Source: Candidatus Vampirococcus lugosii (GTDB lineage: Bacteria > Patescibacteriota > Gracilibacteria > Absconditabacterales > Absconditicoccaceae). From it: a stretch of DNA of 5,115 nt. The DNA lies in NCBI RefSeq assembly GCF_018420025.1, contig NZ_JAEDAM010000068.1:1-5115 (forward strand). The letters run 5' to 3'. The position numbers were made by a program, and so were the translations under genes. The first letter of the stretch is position 1. Every line of letters begins with the position of its first letter. The notes below the pieces were generated by a model, which worked only from the letters and a program-made list of their open reading frames with translations, ran no database searches and was not told the origin of the DNA. Of the stretch, positions 1 through 5,115 are shown one piece after another.

Positions 1-191
1 ATTAATTTACCATCCAAACAAATATCAGAGGTACCAAAAAACCAAATTAATAATACTTTATTCTTTTTTCATTTTTTTAAAAATTTATTTAAAATAAATA
101 TATCTATATATAAATAAAAAAATTATATTACAAATATTTTTTATATTAATTTAATATTTATAAAGTTTAAAATATTAGTAATTTAAAAATC

Positions 192-219
192 TTGAAAAAA
201 GTATTAATTTCTTTATTAT
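192..219 (+). promoter_or_regulatory. Candidate sigma70-type promoter for metG: TTGAAA (192-197), 16 nt spacer, TATTAT (214-219)
   Basis: Hexamers read directly from the sequence. The -10 ends 38 nt before the metG ATG at 258. AT-rich hexamers are common by chance in this DNA, so this is weak. Confidence 0.3.
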
Positions 220-248
220 AAAAAAGTTATATATTTTTAATAATATAA

Positions 249-1706
<1,458 letters not shown>

Positions 1707-1713
1707 TTTACAA

Positions 1714-2175
1714 ATGGGAAAAACAACTTTATGAATAATATTGGATCAAAAAAATAATAAAATACTTTTGTGTATGAAAAAAAGATGATTTGGAGAATGA
1801 CTTTGGAACGGACCTTGATGAAAACTTGAAAAAGAAGAAAATATAAATGATTGAATAATAAGAGAAACTTATGAAGAAACATGATTAATTATTAAAAATG
1901 AAGATTTGGAAAATTTTGGAGTTTTACATTTTTATTTTAATAATAATTCAAATTGGGATCAAGATGTATATTTATTTGTAATTAAAAAATTTGCTTGAGA
2001 ATTGATAGAAACTGAGGAAATGAAACCTAAGTGGTTCAATATCGAAGATATACCATACAATCAAATGTGGGAAGATGATATTATCTGGTTGCCAAAAGTA
2101 TTAAATTGAGAAATTGTAGAATATGATTTCATATTTTGAGATAATAACAAAATGATAAATTATAAAAAATATTAA
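1714..2175 (+). CDS. Nudix hydrolase, MTH1/NUDT1-like 8-oxo-dGTP diphosphatase family; 153 aa under table 25
   Basis: ATG 1714 is the first ATG after in-frame TAG 1699-1701; stop is TAA 2173-2175; 10 in-frame TGA. There is a perfect Nudix box GX5EX7REUXEEXGU at 1819-1887: [G]KLEKEENIND[G]IIRETYEET[G]L. It is preceded by R[G]FGE[G]LWNGP[G][G]K, resembling human MTH1 GFGAGRWNGFGGK. The C-terminal IPYNQMWEDDIIWLPKVL resembles the MTH1 MWPDDSYWFP motif. The gene starts 7 nt after the metG stop. Confidence 0.9.
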
Positions 2176-2200
2176 TATAAAAAATTAACTTCAAAAAGAT

Positions 2201-2229
2201 TTGAAATTTTACAGTTTATTATTTATAAT
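2201..2229 (+). promoter_or_regulatory. Candidate promoter for the small-ORF pair: TTGAAA (2201-2206), exactly 17 nt spacer, consensus TATAAT (2224-2229)
   Basis: Read directly from the sequence. The -10 ends 37 nt before ATG 2267. This is the best hexamer and spacing match in the window, but the background is AT-rich. Confidence 0.4.
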
Positions 2230-2266
2230 AAAGCTTATTATATTTTTATATAAAATATATATTATA

Positions 2267-2611
2267 ATGTATAACAAATGATATGAACAAGTTTTGGAAA
2301 ATTTAAAAAAATCTTTGGAATATAAAATATATTCAATTTTTTTGTTTGATAAATTTGAAAAAGATGAAATTATAAAATCTATAATTACTATAAATGATGT
2401 TAATATTTTATATAATATAGAAATAATGCTTGATTCTGTATTAAGTTCATTATGAAAATTTACAAATAAACTTATAGATTCTTTTGATGAAAATGAATTA
2501 CAAGAATTTAAAAAATCTTTATCTATTGATTTAATACAAAAATCTAAATCTGAACAAAAAAATCTTTTGGAACAACTTAATATTGATTTAGATAAAGAAA
2601 TAAATATATAA
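2267..2611 (+). CDS. Hypothetical protein, 114 aa, no family recognised
   Basis: ATG 2267 to TAA 2609-2611 is open for 114 codons with 2 in-frame TGA (2279, 2453). The nearby ATGs in the other + frames (2278, 2283) hit TAA within 16 codons. Product: MYNK[G]YEQVLENLKKSLEYKIYSIFLFDKFEKDEIIKSIITINDVNILYNIEIMLDSVLSSL[G]KFTNKLIDSFDENELQEFKKSLSIDLIQKSKSEQKNLLEQLNIDLDKEINI. The C-terminal third looks helical and charged. It fills an otherwise unexplained gap and shares orientation with its neighbours. Confidence 0.6.
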
Positions 2612-2640
2612 TAATTATTTTAATTAATTACAAAAATAAA

Positions 2641-2844
2641 ATGTCATTCTCAGAAAATTTTGATAATAATTTGGAATCTAATGAAGTAATTGAAGATATT
2701 GTATCTCAATGATTAATTTGAGATAAGTCTGGTGATATATTAAAATCTAAATCTAAAGATTTGGAAAATGATCCCGAATTTTTGGAGATTAAAAATAAAA
2801 TATCTGAATTAAAAAAATATATAAAAAATAATGATATAAAATAA
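2641..2844 (+). CDS. Hypothetical small acidic protein, 67 aa, no family recognised
   Basis: ATG 2641 to TAA 2842-2844, with 2 in-frame TGA (2710, 2719), starting 29 nt after the previous stop. Product: MSFSENFDNNLESNEVIEDIVSQ[G]LI[G]DKSGDILKSKSKDLENDPEFLEIKNKISELKKYIKNNDIK. The ORF is short, so it could be spurious. Confidence 0.45.
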
Positions 2845-2918
2845 TAAAATAAAGATTAAGATTTTACTTTAAATATACAAATTTAATCATTTTATATAAA
2901 TTAAATAAACTAATAAAT

Positions 2919-4403
2919 ATGTACCAAAAATTAATTGAAAATATGAAAGAATTAAAAAATTTATGAAATATGCAAGCAATTTTGATTTGGGATATGGAAA
3001 CTTATATGCCAAAATTAGCGAGTAATGATAGATGAGAAGTATTGGCAAGTTTAGCAAAAATTGAACATGAAAAATTGATTGATGAAAATTTATTTTCTTT
3101 AATTAAAGACTTAAAAAAAGATAAAAATCTTGATAAAAAACAATCTCAAAATGTAAACATAATTTATAATGATATACAAAAAATTAGAAAATTACCAAGC
3201 AAATTGGTACAAGATATAGCAATACAAGAAGCTAGAACTTCTAGTGCTTGGAAAAAAGCAAGAGATGAAGAAAATTTTGATATTTTTGCTGAAGAATTTG
3301 AAAAGTTTTTGAAACTTAGAAAAGAACAAGCTGAATATATTTGATATGAAAATAATATTTATGATTTCTTTATAGATAAATTTGATCCTTGAACAAAAAC
3401 AAATGATATAGAAAATATTTTTTCGCAACTTAAACCAAAACTTTTAAAATTAATCTCAAAATTATCAAATTCAAATTATACAAAACAAATTGATAATATT
3501 AAATTTGATTCACAAAAACTTTTTGAATTATGTAAAGAGTTATTGAAACAAATTTGATACAATTTTGATAATTGAAGACTTGATATATCTACTCATCCTT
3601 TTACTATTCCACTTAGTGCAAATGATGTAAGAATTACTACTAGAACAAAAGCTTGATCCATTACAGATAGTGTTATGAGTACTATTCATGAAATGGGACA
3701 TGCAATTTGTGAATTATGAACAAATAAAAATGATATATGATTACCATCATGAGAAATTAGATCTCTTGCTATTCATGAATCTCAAAGTATGATTTGGGAA
3801 TTATACATTGCCAAAAATCCAGTATTTTGGAATACTTTCTTTCCTCTATTAAAAAAATTTTTTCCAAATGAATTATCAAATATAAATCAAAATGATTTCA
3901 TAAAAGAATTACATTATGTAAAACCAAGTTTAATAAGAACTAGTGCTGATCAACTAACTTATCATATACATATAATTATTAGATATGAAATTGAAAGATT
4001 ATTGCTTGATAACAAAATAAAAGTTAAAGATATGCCACAAATTTGGAATAAAAAATATAAAGAATATTTATGATTAGAAGCAAAAAATCTTAAAGAATGA
4101 GTTTTACAAGATATACACTGGTCTCAAGCTGAATTTTGATATTTTCCTACTTATTCATTAGGTAATATGTATGCATCATGGATATATCAAAATCTTGATA
4201 AAGATTTATGAGGTGTAGATAAATATATTGAAAATAAAGATTTTGATACAATTATTTGATGGTTAAATAAAAATATTCATCAAAAATGAAGTTTAGAATC
4301 ATCTTTAAATATTATAAATTCATTATCTAAAGATAATTTTGATATAGATTTTTATATATCTTTTATGGAAAATAAATATAAATCATTGGATTTAATAAAT
4401 TAA
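2919..4403 (+). CDS. Peptidase family M32 carboxypeptidase (Taq-type metallocarboxypeptidase); 494 aa under table 25
   Basis: ATG 2919 is the first ATG after in-frame TAA 2850-2852; stop is TAA 4401-4403; no TAA/TAG and 16 in-frame TGA. M32 signatures: ILIWDMETYMP; YDFFIDKFDP[G]; DISTHPF (HPF 3594-3602); TIHEMGHAICE (HEXXH 3687-3701); AIHESQSMIWE; IRTSADQLTYHIHIIIRYEIE; [G]VLQDIHWS (4098-4124); F[G]YFPTYSLGN (4134-4166). The track ORFs 3042-3344 and 3789-4073 lie in this frame and are internal fragments of this gene. Confidence 0.93.
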
Positions 4404-4413
4404 TAAAAAAAAT

Positions 4414-4473
4414 AAATATCTTGATGTTAAGAAGAACTATAATTAATCTTTAATTACATTAAGATATTTTTTT
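4414..4473 (+). terminator. Candidate intrinsic terminator downstream of the M32 gene
   Basis: Arm 4414-4427 (AAATATCTTGATGT) pairs with 4456-4469 (ACATTAAGATATTT), giving 14 bp with one G-U at 4423/4460. The hairpin runs into a 7-T tract (4467-4473). The 28-nt loop has a possible inner 4-bp helix (4429-4432 with 4447-4450). The stem is AT-rich and the loop large, so confidence is moderate. Confidence 0.45.
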
Positions 4474-4555
4474 ATCAAAAAATCCTTGATTTAAACTCAT
4501 CTTTGTAAACAAAAAATAGTTAGTTTTGTAGTGGCGAGTATTGTTGTATTTTCTC

Positions 4556-4585
4556 TTGAAATTATGATTTTTTTTATTATATATA
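4556..4585 (+). promoter_or_regulatory. Weak candidate promoter upstream of the transposase remnant: TTGAAA (4556-4561), 18 nt spacer, TATATA (4580-4585)
   Basis: Hexamers read from the sequence, 50 nt upstream of ATG 4636. This could easily be chance in this composition. Confidence 0.2.
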
Positions 4586-4635
4586 AAATATATTATTTTT
4601 TATCTTTTATTATTTTAAGTGGTAATAATTATAAT

Positions 4636-4974
4636 ATGTTTATTAAAAAAAGTACTCGCAAATATAATTGAAAAACTTATATCACTCATTATCTTGTTGA
4701 ATCTTTTAGAGATAAAGATACAAAAAAAGTAAAACATAGAAATATAGCTAATCTTTCTGAATTACCTCCAAAATCTTTATTAGCTCTTAAAGAATCTCTT
4801 AATTGGAATACTTCTAATGTTAGTAAGCACAAAATAGAAGATTTGGAAGTTATTGGAACGAAACAATATTGAAGTATTACTATTTTTCAAAAAATATTTG
4901 ACAATATTTTTTGAAAAATAATTTGAAAAAAAATGTATAGATTATGCAATGGATTATATTTACAAATTTCCTAA
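4636..4974 (+). pseudogene. N-terminal remnant of an IS1634-family (IS4-superfamily) transposase; a 112-codon ORF where full-length proteins exceed 400 aa and carry a DDE domain
   Basis: ATG 4636 to TAA 4972-4974, with 4 in-frame TGA (4669, 4870, 4912, 4924). Product: MFIKKSTRKYN[G]KTYITHYLVESFRDKDTKKVKHRNIANLSELPPKSLLALKESLNWNTSNVSKHKIEDLEVIGTKQY[G]SITIFQKIFDNIF[G]KII[G]KKMYRLCNGLYLQIS. The opening (MFI.., basic stretch, LVESxR, then RxxANLSxxPxxxxxxLKxxL) matches my recollection of the conserved IS1634-type transposase N-terminus. No catalytic domain follows. The tail after about 4925 overlaps recX out of frame. Confidence 0.55.
4881..4920. repeat. Perfect 40-nt palindrome: 18-bp inverted repeat with a 4-nt spacer
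   Basis: The reverse complement of 4881-4898 (TATTTTTCAAAAAATATT) is exactly 4903-4920 (AATATTTTTTGAAAAATA), checked base by base. The spacer is TGAC (4899-4902). Symmetry breaks at 4880/4921. Confidence 0.9.
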
Positions 4975-5115
4975 AACAGAATCACAACTTAAAACTCAAT
5001 TATTTAAAAAATGATATAATGATAAAGAAATAGAAATAACAATAACATTACTTAAATCTAAAAATTATCTAAATGATAAAAATTATTGCGAAATTTATTT
5101 CAATTCAGAATGTGT
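4949..5115 (+). CDS. recX: RecX-like regulatory protein, 5' portion (runs off the window end); start uncertain
   Basis: The frame is open from 4922 (after TAA 4919-4921) to the window edge, and its only ATG is at 4949. Product: MDYIYKFPKTESQLKTQLFKK[G]YNDKEIEITITLLKSKNYLNDKNYCEIYFNSEC. This fits the RecX helical-repeat pattern: S/T-x-x-E/Q-L..KL..KG(F/Y)....I......L...GYLND..(F/Y)....(Y/F). There is one in-frame TGA (5012), at the conserved KG(F/Y) glycine. Confidence 0.65.

Noticed and set aside
1-122. Possible end of an upstream + strand gene (frames stopping at 95-97 or 115-117), or start of a minus-strand gene open from 122 through the left edge (..KK[G]KKNKVLLIWFFGTSDICLDGKL)
   Set aside because: The sequence is too short to discriminate. 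The minus-strand frame has no ATG/GTG/TTG start; the only ATG (72-70) hits TAA after four codons. Neither + frame tail shows a recognisable motif. Left unannotated.
2190-2205. Small hairpin TTCAAA-aaga-TTTGAA after the Nudix gene as a terminator
   Set aside because: The stem is only 6 bp and all A/T except one pair, with no proper T-tract. It also overlaps the candidate -35 of the next promoter. This is too weak to call.
2845-2918. Promoter for the M32 gene
   Set aside because: I found only a partial -35 (TTTACT, 2863-2868) and AT-rich -10-like strings (TATATA, 2893-2898) at incompatible spacing. The gene may be co-transcribed with the small ORFs.
3192-3428. 78-aa minus-strand ORF from the supplied track
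   Set aside because: It lies antisense to the M32 carboxypeptidase gene. Its product is F/I/K/S-rich and low-complexity with no motif support.
3042-4073. Track ORFs 3042-3344 and 3789-4073 as independent small genes
   Set aside because: Both are in the frame of the 2919-4403 M32 gene and are bounded by TGA codons that read as Gly. They carry internal M32 motifs (for example IRTSADQLTY), so they are fragments of that gene and not separate genes.
4926-4933. A8 run as a programmed frameshift site fusing the transposase stump to recX
   Set aside because: A7-A9 runs are common throughout this window, for example inside metG at 621-629. A transposase-N-terminus/RecX fusion has no biological precedent that I know of. 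The junction is better explained as a deletion or insertion scar.

Overview
This extremely AT-rich 5.1 kb window only makes sense if TGA is a sense codon. With TAA/TAG as the only stops, the + strand is almost entirely coding and carries seven co-directional ORFs. In order: metG (258-1706), an MTH1-type Nudix hydrolase (1714-2175), two small orphan ORFs (2267-2611, 2641-2844), an M32 Taq-type carboxypeptidase (2919-4403) followed by a hairpin/T-tract terminator, a 112-codon N-terminal remnant of an IS1634-like transposase (4636-4974), and the 5' part of recX (4949 to the window edge). In-frame TGA repeatedly falls on invariant glycines: GTDEHG and KMSKSxGN in MetRS, both glycines of the Nudix box, and GxLQDxHW and FGYFP in M32. 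Conserved Trp positions still use TGG. This indicates translation table 25 (TGA=Gly), established only for Gracilibacteria/Absconditabacteria (CPR), so that is the likely source. The supplied standard-code ORF track is therefore misleading: its two + ORFs are glycine-free internal pieces of the M32 gene and its two - ORFs are antisense artefacts. The most notable non-genic structure is a perfect 18+4+18 nt palindrome (4881-4920) at the IS-remnant/recX junction. I see no CRISPR array, tRNA/rRNA gene or recognisable multi-gene defence system. The rest is housekeeping, apart from the two orphan ORFs and the IS scar.
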